This document shows positions 24,730 through 32,000 of a stretch of 32,000 nucleotides of DNA, piece by piece (the stretch's first letter is position 1; each line of letters starts with the position of its first letter). The notes under the pieces are model-generated. The model worked only from the letters and a program-made list of their open reading frames with translations, was not told the origin of the DNA and did not search any database. Source of the DNA: Halogeometricum borinquense DSM 11551 (GTDB lineage: Archaea > Halobacteriota > Halobacteria > Halobacteriales > Haloferacaceae); assembly GCF_000172995.2 (NCBI RefSeq), contig NC_014729.1, forward strand, positions 2,010,001 through 2,042,000, written 5' to 3'. The position numbers and the translations under genes are program-made.

Positions 24730-25785
24730 ATGTCGTGGCACGCGATTGACTCCTTAGACGACGCTCGCGCGGCGGCGACGGACCTCCTCTTCCCGTTCGA
24801 CATCGGGACGTGGCTTCGCCTCGCCCTCATCGTTATCTTCGTCGGAACCGGTGCGAGCAACGCCTCGGTGAACGCTAATTTCGGCGGAACAGTCTCCTCC
24901 GGAGCCCCAACGACTGGACTGTCGGCCGTCCCGTTCGACGAGTTGCCGCCGTTGGACCCGAGCGCTCTCTCTGACGGTCAGGCGATTCTCATGGGTATCG
25001 CGGCGCTCACCGCCGTACTCCTTCTTTGTATACTCACCTTTTCCTTCGTTGGCGCGGTAATGGAGTTTGTCCTTATTACCGCACTGTCGGACCGAACGGT
25101 CCGAATTCGGGGACCGTTCCGGAAACACATCTGGAAGGGCGCACGCCTGTTCGGGTTCCAACTCGGCGTCATCTTCCTCGCGCTACTCGTGGTCGGCGTC
25201 CCGATTGTCCTTCTCGTCTTCGGCGGGGCCACCATCGGTCCGGAACTCCTCCTCGCCGTGGTCCCGGTTCTCCTTCTCGGCGTTGCTCTCGCCCTCGTCG
25301 TTTCCCTCCTCTTCCGTTTAACGATGGATTTCGTCGTGCCAACTATGCTCGTCGAGGAGTGCGGCGTCCTCGACGGATGGCGGCGGTTGTTCCCGACGCT
25401 CCGTGCCGAGTGGGAGGAGTTTGCGCTGTACGTCGTGATTCGGATCGCTCTCGGCGTCCTCATCGGCGCACTGTTCGCCGCAGGGGCGTTGTTCGTCGCC
25501 GTTCTCGTTGCGTTTCCGTTCGTCGTCGTCGGTGGCGTAGCGTTCGTCGCGTTCACTGCGAGTGGGCCGATTCCGCTCGTCGGATGGGCGCTTCTCGGCC
25601 TCGTCGTCGTCCTCTACGTCGTCGCCATCGCTATCGCCAGTGCGTTCCTCCTCGTCCCCGTCGTCACGTTCCTCCGGTACTACGCGCTGTACGTTCTCGG
25701 ACGTGTGGATGACGGACTGGACCTCGTGGGCGCATCACCGCAAGAGACAGGGGACGACCAACCGGACGATTCCGTGGCTGCGTGA
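24730..25785 (+). CDS. Polytopic membrane protein, unknown function (351 aa from ATG)
   Basis: ATG 24730 lies 28 nt from the centre of the TATA-like CGTTTTATCC (24697-24706). Multiple long hydrophobic helices. Acidic C-terminal tail. Confidence 0.7.
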   Translation: MSWHAIDSLDDARAAATDLLFPFDIGTWLRLALIVIFVGTGASNASVNANFGGTVSSGAPTTGLSAVPFDELPPLDPSALSDGQAILMGIAALTAVLLLCILTFSFVGAVMEFVLITALSDRTVRIRGPFRKHIWKGARLFGFQLGVIFLALLVVGVPIVLLVFGGATIGPELLLAVVPVLLLGVALALVVSLLFRLTMDFVVPTMLVEECGVLDGWRRLFPTLRAEWEEFALYVVIRIALGVLIGALFAAGALFVAVLVAFPFVVVGGVAFVAFTASGPIPLVGWALLGLVVVLYVVAIAIASAFLLVPVVTFLRYYALYVLGRVDDGLDLVGASPQETGDDQPDDSVAA

Positions 25786-25844
25786 GGACACGGGAGCGCG
25801 TGAGAGTTCGAGACCTGCAAGGGAGTAGTTCTGCCTCAGAAGGC

Positions 25845-27179
25845 TCACTCGGGCGTCTCGGTGCGAGGTGATTCACTCGTGCCCGCTACCAGCGACACGT
25901 CAAGTCGCGCGAGGAGAACGACGATGGGAATCATCAACGCCCCGCCGAGGACGAACGGTGCCCAGTAATCGATGGCAGTGTAGAGAAACCCCGCGAGGGC
26001 AGGGCCGAACGTCCGCGCGAGACTGCCCGCACTCTGCGTGAGTCCGAACGCGCCGCCCTGTTCGTCGGCGGTCGCGGATCGGGAAACCAGCGTGTTCAAC
26101 GAGACGTTCGTGATGGCGTTGCCGAACGCCAACGGTGTCACGATGACGCCGAGAGCGATAACCGCCGACGGAAGCGTCGGTCCCACCGGAAGCAACGGCT
26201 CGACAGATGGGATGTAGGAGCCAAAGTACGGAGCGAAGGGAACGGCCGCGAGCGTGAACACCTGTATTGCTGCCCCTGCGATAGCGACGCGGTACTCACC
26301 GTAACGGTCTGTCAGCGGTCCGATGAGTCCGCCCTGTACGATGGCGATAATGACCCCGAAATACGTCAACAGGATGGCGTTCTCCGTCGCTCCGTAGCCG
26401 TACTGATCGTTCGTGAGAAAGATGAACTGGCTCTCTAAGGCCGAGAACGCAAAGGAGACGAGGAAAAAGGCGACGACGAGCGTTCCGAGACCGTGCGTAC
26501 GCAGGGCATCGGCTAGCTCGGTGAGACGCGACTCGCGGTCGCGCTCCCGCGACGCCACACGTTCTTCCGGCGGGCGCGATTCGGGCAACAGGACGTACGC
26601 GGCTACTAGGTTCGTCCCCGTGATGGCAGCAGCAGCGAAGCTCGGCAACGAGAACTCCGTTGCCGGAAGCCACGCCGGGAACACCGACTGTGCGGCGGAG
26701 ACGACGAACTCGCTGGCGAAGAAGCCGCCCAACGCGGGACCGAAAATAAAACCCAGACCGAACGCCGCGCCGAGGAGTCCGAGGCCGCGGGCGCGGTCCT
26801 CCGGGGGCGTCACGTCGGCGATGTACGCCTGCGCGGTGGCGATGTTGCCGCCCATCACGCCTGCGAGCATCCGCGCGGCAAAGAGAACTGCCAACGACCC
26901 GGCAAGACCGAATAACGTCCACGCGATGACCGACCCGGTCAGCGAAAGCAAGAGAACCGGACGGCGACCGCGCGTGTCCGACAGTCGGCCGAGGAACGGC
27001 GCGGCGAGAAACTGCATCGCAGAATAGGAGGCAATGAGGAGGCTCCCGACGAACTCCGTCGCCCCGAACGAGAGCGCGTACAGGGGAATGACCGGAATGA
27101 GAATACCGAATCCCAGCAGATCGACGAAAACGATAACGAAGACGACAGCGAGGGCACGCCGGGAGTTGTCTACGCTCAT
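25845..27179 (-). CDS. MFS transporter (drug:H+ antiporter-like)
   Basis: 444 aa with about 12 TM helices. MFS motif A is GRLSDTRGRRPVLL between TM2 and TM3. Confidence 0.9.
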   Translation of the reverse strand: MSVDNSRRALAVVFVIVFVDLLGFGILIPVIPLYALSFGATEFVGSLLIASYSAMQFLAAPFLGRLSDTRGRRPVLLLSLTGSVIAWTLFGLAGSLAVLFAARMLAGVMGGNIATAQAYIADVTPPEDRARGLGLLGAAFGLGFIFGPALGGFFASEFVVSAAQSVFPAWLPATEFSLPSFAAAAITGTNLVAAYVLLPESRPPEERVASRERDRESRLTELADALRTHGLGTLVVAFFLVSFAFSALESQFIFLTNDQYGYGATENAILLTYFGVIIAIVQGGLIGPLTDRYGEYRVAIAGAAIQVFTLAAVPFAPYFGSYIPSVEPLLPVGPTLPSAVIALGVIVTPLAFGNAITNVSLNTLVSRSATADEQGGAFGLTQSAGSLARTFGPALAGFLYTAIDYWAPFVLGGALMIPIVVLLARLDVSLVAGTSESPRTETPE

Positions 27180-27289
27180 AGCTTCTCGTTCGGTTCGAAT
27201 CGAGGATGAAATTATCGGTACACTGACTCAACTGCTGGACGACCCCGTAAGCAGTTATTAACAAATACTCTCGGGAGTTATGTCATACC

Positions 27290-27466
27290 ATGGCATTCGA
27301 ATGGGTTTCGTACTTCGAGTGTACGGCGTGTGGTGGGCTTGAACGTGCGGACGCGGTCGGCTACGACTCGCTCGGCTATCCGGAGTGTCCGAACTGTGGC
27401 ACGCGGACCGGTCCGCTCGCGGGTTCGGGACACGGCACGTGGACGGGATCAGAAGCACTCGACTGA
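27290..27466 (+). CDS. Zinc-ribbon micro-protein (58 aa, CxxC...CPxCG)
   Basis: Own translation: MAFEWVSYFECTACGGLERADAVGYDSLGYPECPNCGTRTGPLAGSGHGTWTGSEALD. Two CxxC knuckles. TATA-like AGTTATTAAC (27253-27262) lies about 32 nt upstream. It is below the size cutoff of the supplied ORF track. Confidence 0.6.
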   Translation: MAFEWVSYFECTACGGLERADAVGYDSLGYPECPNCGTRTGPLAGSGHGTWTGSEALD

Positions 27467-27522
27467 GGCGAACCCACTGTAGAGAGTAAGGCACAGGTGG
27501 ATCCGCAGCGGACACTCCCCAC

Positions 27523-27756
27523 ATGAGTTGGCACAACGTCCGCGCGGACGACCGAATCACCGAGTGGGAGCGGAGCGACGGCACTGTGACAATCCGACTC
27601 CGTCACAGTCCGAACGGCACGTGGACGGTCCGATTGGACCGCCTTCACCAGTCCGACGAGGGGCGTGGCTACCGGAGAGAACGTCTGGATACCGAAGAAG
27701 CGGCGCGGGAAGTCGTCGCCGCGTGGCAGGACGAGTACGACCTCGAAGACGAGTAA
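27523..27756 (+). CDS. Small hypothetical protein (77 aa)
   Basis: ORF track. Beta-rich core WERSDGTVTIRLRHSPNGTWTVRL with an acidic tail. The competing frame 27528-27761 is Arg-rich and implausible. Confidence 0.5.
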   Translation: MSWHNVRADDRITEWERSDGTVTIRLRHSPNGTWTVRLDRLHQSDEGRGYRRERLDTEEAAREVVAAWQDEYDLEDE

Positions 27757-27794
27757 GCTGACCATACCGCCGTCGAGACGCCGAGAGTTACGTC

Positions 27795-28610
27795 TTAGTC
27801 GCGTTGTAACCGGTGCGTCGTCTCTACGAGCGGATGTCGCGCGTAGTCAACCACGTCGATATCTTCGATCGAGTTTAACCCCTCTTTTTCCGCTGTCCGT
27901 TGCATCCCGAGTTCGATGGGGTCGTCAACGACGATGATATACGCGTCCATCTGACCGGTACCAAGTTGGTGAGCGGCCATCACCCGATGGTGGCCGTCAG
28001 CGAGAATGTACGTCCCGTTGTTGTTGATGACGACGAGCGGTTCAGCGAGTCCGCGTTCGAGTTCGTACTTCCGCCCTTCGAGTTCGTCGGCGTACACGCG
28101 TCCCTGCGTCGGAATGAGGGCGTCGAGTTCGACCGAATCGTGCTCTTGGTGGATGGTGATCCCGTGTATCTGTTCGAGCGTCCGCATTAGCTTCCCCACC
28201 TTCTCGGGCGTCGCGCGCTCGATCTGTGACCGGATGACATCTGTGTTGGAGATAATGCCGACGAGGTTACCGGCGTCGTCCACGACCGGGAGTTTCTGGA
28301 TCCCCGAGCGGAGGATCACACGCGCGGCGTCGTTGACCGCCATATCCGGATGTGCGACGATGATGTCTTCGGTCATGACTGTGAAAATCGGTGCCTCATC
28401 GTTCTCGAGAAGGAGGTCGCGGGCTGTCACGAATCCCTCGACTTTCCGACCCTCGCACACCGGAAACCCGTTGTGTCCGTCGCTTTCGACAATGCGCTTT
28501 GCAACGTCCGCGACGGAGTCTGCGGGGGATACCGTCTGCACTTCTCGGGTCATATATTCCTTGACGGCTGCCTTCCCGTTCATCGTCGTCGGTACGTGAG
28601 GCGACGGCAA
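27795..28610 (-). CDS. CBS-pair plus ParB/Srx-like (ParBc) domain protein
   Basis: N-terminal tandem CBS pattern (MTREVQTVSPADSVADVAKRI...GFPV and IIVAHPDMAVNDAARVIL..GIQKLPVVD..GNLVGIIS.TDV). C-terminal ParB-like block LIPTQ ... PLVVINNNGTYILADGHHRVMAAHQLG. Start is uncertain, since several in-frame Met lie near the N-terminus. Confidence 0.82.
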   Translation of the reverse strand: MPSPHVPTTMNGKAAVKEYMTREVQTVSPADSVADVAKRIVESDGHNGFPVCEGRKVEGFVTARDLLLENDEAPIFTVMTEDIIVAHPDMAVNDAARVILRSGIQKLPVVDDAGNLVGIISNTDVIRSQIERATPEKVGKLMRTLEQIHGITIHQEHDSVELDALIPTQGRVYADELEGRKYELERGLAEPLVVINNNGTYILADGHHRVMAAHQLGTGQMDAYIIVVDDPIELGMQRTAEKEGLNSIEDIDVVDYARHPLVETTHRLQRD

Positions 28611-28631
28611 AAGGATGGCCCCACGACGCTG

Positions 28632-30101
28632 TCACCACTCGTCGGGCGGGAACTCGAAGGCGAGGTCGCGTTCGGACTCGCTCGCTCCGAACGTCCGCGT
28701 GGCGTCTTCGAGCGTCTCAAACAACCGTCCGGAGATCACGTCCGTAACGACCCGCGACAGTGATTCGCGGGACTCAGGGCCGACATCGGCGAGAATGCCC
28801 AATGGAATCTGCGCACCCGCCATATCCGCGTGCCCACCGGCGCTCCCGATGGGGCTGAGCGCGTCTCTGAGCGTCTCACCGAGGTCTACATCTGTTCCGC
28901 GCGCTCGACCGGAGACGTAGACCGTTCCGTCTTTGAAGCCGTATACGACCGTGAGGCGGATTCCCTCCATATTGAGGAGATGGTCGGACGCCTGTGCGAG
29001 TGCATCCCGGTTCCGAATCTCACCGACGTTCGTCGCCAGTACGTCACCGCGCACGTCGCGGTTCTGAATGGCTCGTGCCAACGTATCTAATACCTCCGGT
29101 CCCATGCTCGGAGACTCCACGCGTTGGAGCGTCGATAGATCGGCGTACGACACCAACCACGCCGCCGCCTCGAAGTCGTCCGACGATACCTCGCGGGTGA
29201 AATCGCGCGTGTCGATACGGATACCGAACAAAAGCGCCGTCGCAACTGTCGCATCCGGTTCGATACCCAGTCGGCGGAGGTAGTTCGTCATCAGCGTACT
29301 CGTTGCACCGAGTTCCCGGCGCAGGTCGAGATAGCGCGCCTCGACGGGTGCCCGTGGTGGATGGTGGTCCACCACGATATCTACCTCAGTGTCCTTCGGC
29401 AGGCCATCGTTCACCCCCGGTCGAGAGTGATCCACGAGGGCGATTCCACCGTAGTCATCAGTGTCCTCCCCGCGTTCGAGATTCACCAGATCGATATCGA
29501 GTAAATTGACCAGTGCGCGGTTCTCCTGATGGGAGATATCTCCGAAGTAGCAGGGATCAGCGTCGAGACCGACGCTCTCTGCAATACGAACCAGCGCCAG
29601 TGCGCTGGCGATGGCGTCTGGGTCCGGGTTGTCGTGCATGACGACCGCGAGGGGACCGCTGAGGCTCTTGAGGACCCGGAACAGTCGGTGGAGTCTGTCT
29701 GCGGCCGCTCCCTCGGTCAGTTCGGTGAGCCGATCCGTGAGTATACGTCGCCCGTCCACGAGTCGGTCCGCCAGTTCATCAAGTGCCTCGCGCGTGTCGT
29801 GGTCGGCGTCGCTGCCTACGTAGGCGAGGAGATACGCGTCGGGGAAGCGTTCGCGCGCCGTAAGGGCCACATCGAGGTTGGCTGCGGCGTCGTCGCTGGC
29901 GACGAACACTACATCCACCTCCTCGGGGAACGCCTCGTGATCGGTCGGTGCGCACCGTTCCGCTGAGACGCCGTCGTCGCGGAACGAATCAACGACACCA
30001 GAACGCTGTGATAGCACGGTCAACGTTCCGGGCCACTCGGCCAACCGTTCGACGGCCCGTTGCGCGGCCGACCCACAGCCGAGGACCAACCGCCGTTGCA
30101 T
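28632..30101 (-). CDS. DHH/DHHA1 family phosphoesterase with N-terminal TrkA_N-like Rossmann domain
   Basis: From ATG 30101: MQRRLVLGCGSAAQRAVERL (GxGxxA). DHH motifs MHDNPDPDAIAS, ALVDHS, VVDHHPP, GIRIDT. DHHA1 motif GGHADMAG. The ORF opens at 30302, but that extension has atypical composition and would overlap the divergent gene's promoter. Confidence 0.88.
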   Translation of the reverse strand: MQRRLVLGCGSAAQRAVERLAEWPGTLTVLSQRSGVVDSFRDDGVSAERCAPTDHEAFPEEVDVVFVASDDAAANLDVALTARERFPDAYLLAYVGSDADHDTREALDELADRLVDGRRILTDRLTELTEGAAADRLHRLFRVLKSLSGPLAVVMHDNPDPDAIASALALVRIAESVGLDADPCYFGDISHQENRALVNLLDIDLVNLERGEDTDDYGGIALVDHSRPGVNDGLPKDTEVDIVVDHHPPRAPVEARYLDLRRELGATSTLMTNYLRRLGIEPDATVATALLFGIRIDTRDFTREVSSDDFEAAAWLVSYADLSTLQRVESPSMGPEVLDTLARAIQNRDVRGDVLATNVGEIRNRDALAQASDHLLNMEGIRLTVVYGFKDGTVYVSGRARGTDVDLGETLRDALSPIGSAGGHADMAGAQIPLGILADVGPESRESLSRVVTDVISGRLFETLEDATRTFGASESERDLAFEFPPDEW

Positions 30102-30207
30102 GTTTCGTCTGTTGTTCCGGCCGGGCAAAACCCTACCGTCCCGCGATTCAGTTCCAGTCGGAAGTGGCGATGGAATTATCACCAACGAATGTGTGGTAAC
30201 TAACGTC

Positions 30208-30606
30208 ATGGACGCCGACCCTGACCTCGTAGCGGCTGACTTGTCGGAGTCGATTCGTGCCGCGTGCCGAACTGCTGTCGGAGACACTCTCAGGAGCATC
30301 ACCTACTTCACTCCGACAAGCTTTCAACAGCTCTACCTTCGCTCAGATCTCGAATCTGACGCCGACCTGGCAGGGTTCGTCGAACACGAAACCGACGGAT
30401 TCCACGCAACGCGCGCGTACCGGGGTTCCGAACTCGGTGACTACCAATACACGATTCGTGCGTTCGAGAACGGGTACATGACGCGCGTCACGCGCAACGA
30501 CCACGGCGTCTTCGTCACCACGGATCGTCTGACGGAGCGACGCTCGAAAGAAGTCGCTAGCGCACTGCACGAAATCCTCTCAGAACAGGTCTCCGAAGCG
30601 GCGTAA
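30208..30606 (+). CDS. Hypothetical protein (132 aa), divergent from the DHH gene
   Basis: ATG 30208 lies about 32 nt from GAATTATC (30173-30180). Alpha/beta pattern. No motif I can name with confidence. Confidence 0.6.
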   Translation: MDADPDLVAADLSESIRAACRTAVGDTLRSITYFTPTSFQQLYLRSDLESDADLAGFVEHETDGFHATRAYRGSELGDYQYTIRAFENGYMTRVTRNDHGVFVTTDRLTERRSKEVASALHEILSEQVSEAA

Positions 30607-30627
30607 GTCGAAGTTACGAACGAAGCC

Positions 30628-30654
30628 AAAAACGAACGACCGAACCGAATTTTT
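30628..30654. terminator. Back-to-back oligo-T tracts for convergent genes (A5 30628-30632, which is T5 on the minus strand for nuoN; T5 30650-30654 on the plus strand)
   Basis: Read directly from the sequence. They sit in the 57-nt spacer between the two stop codons. Confidence 0.45.
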
Positions 30655-30663
30655 GCCGACCGC

Positions 30664-32000
30664 TCAGAAGAGAGCGGTGGCGACCGTCTGTGCCGTCTCG
30701 ATGACGGGTCGGAAGCCGGGCAGCAGCAGCAGCGTCCCGACGGCGGCGAAGATGACGGCCGTGTACAGACCGACCGGCTTCGAGCCGATTTCCAGCGACG
30801 GCGAGGCGTCCTCGATCCATATCGCCTTGACGACGCGGCTGTAGTAGAACAGCGACAGCGCGCTGTTGACCGCGCCGACGGCGGCCAACCACCAGAAGCC
30901 GGACTCGATGGCCGACATGAACAGGACGTACTTCGAGAAGAAGCCGCCGAACGGTGGTAGACCGGCGAGGCTGAACATGAAGACACTCATGGCGACGCAC
31001 GCCATCGGCGCCTTCGAACCGAGGCCGTTGTAGTCCTCGAACGTCCGGCCGACGCCCCAGTGTTCGGCCAGAGCGATGAACAGGAACGCACCGGTGTTCA
31101 TGAAGCCGTACACCATGAGGTGCGCCATCGACGCGCCGAGGACGTTCGCGTTCGGTCCGTTAGCGGTGATTGCCGCGAGTCCGATGAGCGCGTACCCCGC
31201 GTGACCGATGGAGGAGTACGCCAGCATCCGCTTGACGTTCTCCTGCGTGGCCGCGGCGAAGTTACCGAGCGTCATCGTGACGACGGCCAGCACCTGGAAC
31301 GCGAGCACCCAATCGACACCCGTGGGGAGTTTGGCCAGCGGGAACGCTTCAAAGAAGACACGGAACGCGATTGCGAACCCGGCGGCCTTCGATGCCGACG
31401 AGAGGAACGCCGAGATCGGTGCGGGTGCGCCCTCGTACGCCTCCGGCGCCCAGAAGTGGAACGGGACGGAGGCCGTCTTGAACGCGAATCCACCGAGAAT
31501 CATCAGGACGCCGATACCGAGGACGCCCACCATCTCGGTGCTTCCGCCGAGCGCACTCGCCACGTCGGCGAGGAGCAGCGATCCGGTGACAGCGTACACG
31601 AGGCTGATACCGAACGCGAACACCGCAGACGAGACTGCGCCGATAAGGAAGTACTTCAGCGCCGCCTCGACGCTTCCCTTGTTATCCTTGAGGAATCCAA
31701 CGAGGGCATACGACGGGAGCGACGCGAGTTCGAGGCTGACGAATGCCGTCGCCAGCGAGTTCGACATCGACATGAGCGTCATGCCGGTGGTGGCGAACAG
31801 CACGAGCGAGTAGAACTCGGCTTGGTAGCGCTGTTCGGCCACGTAGTCGAGCGAGGCAATACAGACCATCGCCGCGACGATAGTGAAGATGAGCGTGAAG
31901 AACAGGCTCATCCCGTCAACGACGAGCGCATCACCGTACAGGGTGATTGCGCCGCCGGTCTGACTCTGTCCGGTCCCCTCGACGAGGAACCAGCCCGCAA
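30664..32000 (-). CDS. nuoN: NADH-quinone oxidoreductase (complex I-like) subunit N, partial (N-terminus beyond window end)
   Basis: Polytopic protein with the NuoN/ND2 block FKTASVPFHFWAPEAYEGAPAPISAFLS. The reading frame stays open upstream of the listed Met 31911 through to position 32000 (..GWFLVEGTGQSQTGGAITLYGDALVVDGMSLFF..). Confidence 0.9.
   Translation of the reverse strand, partial: AGWFLVEGTGQSQTGGAITLYGDALVVDGMSLFFTLIFTIVAAMVCIASLDYVAEQRYQAEFYSLVLFATTGMTLMSMSNSLATAFVSLELASLPSYALVGFLKDNKGSVEAALKYFLIGAVSSAVFAFGISLVYAVTGSLLLADVASALGGSTEMVGVLGIGVLMILGGFAFKTASVPFHFWAPEAYEGAPAPISAFLSSASKAAGFAIAFRVFFEAFPLAKLPTGVDWVLAFQVLAVVTMTLGNFAAATQENVKRMLAYSSIGHAGYALIGLAAITANGPNANVLGASMAHLMVYGFMNTGAFLFIALAEHWGVGRTFEDYNGLGSKAPMACVAMSVFMFSLAGLPPFGGFFSKYVLFMSAIESGFWWLAAVGAVNSALSLFYYSRVVKAIWIEDASPSLEIGSKPVGLYTAVIFAAVGTLLLLPGFRPVIETAQTVATALF

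Noticed and set aside
27185-27205. GGTTCGAATC string resembling a tRNA T-arm/T-loop
   Set aside because: The flanking bases cannot form the 5-bp T stem, and no acceptor, D or anticodon arms are present. It lies in the MFS promoter region. Similar TTCGAATC strings at about 2133 and 2853 are inside the acylase CDS.
26296-27264. 322-aa ORF on the same strand as the MFS transporter, in another frame. Similarly 10633-11367 within the DR2241-like gene and 30441-30986 within nuoN.
   Set aside because: They are Arg/Pro/Ser-rich out-of-frame shadows. The MFS, DR2241-like and NuoN frames carry the recognisable family motifs.
30102-30302. 67-codon N-terminal extension of the DHH gene, and the 30100 start of the divergent plus-strand ORF
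   Set aside because: The two extensions overlap each other antisense and have atypical composition. The ATGs at 30101 (minus) and 30208 (plus) each sit at leaderless spacing from AT-rich boxes, and the protein from 30101 starts directly with the Rossmann strand.
1-32000. Search for mobile elements, integrases, toxin-antitoxin pairs, restriction-modification or other defence-island hallmarks, and for compositionally foreign segments
   Set aside because: None of the supported ORFs shows transposase, integrase, helicase-nuclease or methyltransferase motifs. AT-rich stretches are confined to short promoter regions. Gene content is housekeeping and syntenic-looking, so I do not claim a defence or mobile system here.

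Overview
GC-rich window with strongly acidic predicted proteins and mostly leaderless-looking gene starts. This fits a chromosomal core region of a halophilic archaeon (class Halobacteria), which I infer from composition and protein families only. I call about 35 protein-coding genes, tightly packed on both strands.

Genes in order:
- a partial K+ channel with an RCK domain
- a penicillin-acylase-family Ntn hydrolase with an ATGA-coupled small membrane protein
- a DUF547 protein
- a 726-aa acidic, coiled-coil protein of unknown function
- a small wHTH regulator
- purA
- a truncated hemoglobin
- a Trm112-like protein
- a cbiX plus DR2241-like pair
- cysS
- a DUF357 protein
- trxB
- a ZIP metal transporter
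- a MazG-like and YbaK-like overlapping pair
- a fused ADP-forming acetyl-CoA synthetase followed by a stand-alone Pta-N-terminal/DRTGG protein
- an M24 Xaa-Pro peptidase
- an MFS transporter
- a 58-aa zinc-ribbon micro-protein missing from the ORF track
- a DHH/DHHA1 phosphoesterase plus CBS-ParB-like operon
- the 3' part of nuoN

I found no rRNA, tRNA, CRISPR array, transposase, integrase or obvious foreign island. Many long ORFs in the track are alternate-frame or antisense shadows typical of high-GC DNA.

No self-contained novel system, such as a defence island, is evident. The best leads are:
1. the TrkA_N-DHH/DHHA1 plus CBS-ParB-like operon, a possible nucleotide-signal turnover and sensor module
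2. the 726-aa multi-domain protein
3. the ACD plus orphan Pta-regulatory-domain pair
4. a highly structured 325-nt intergenic region upstream of cysS with alternative pairings and oligo-T tracts

All functional calls rest on motif recognition by eye. No database search was run.
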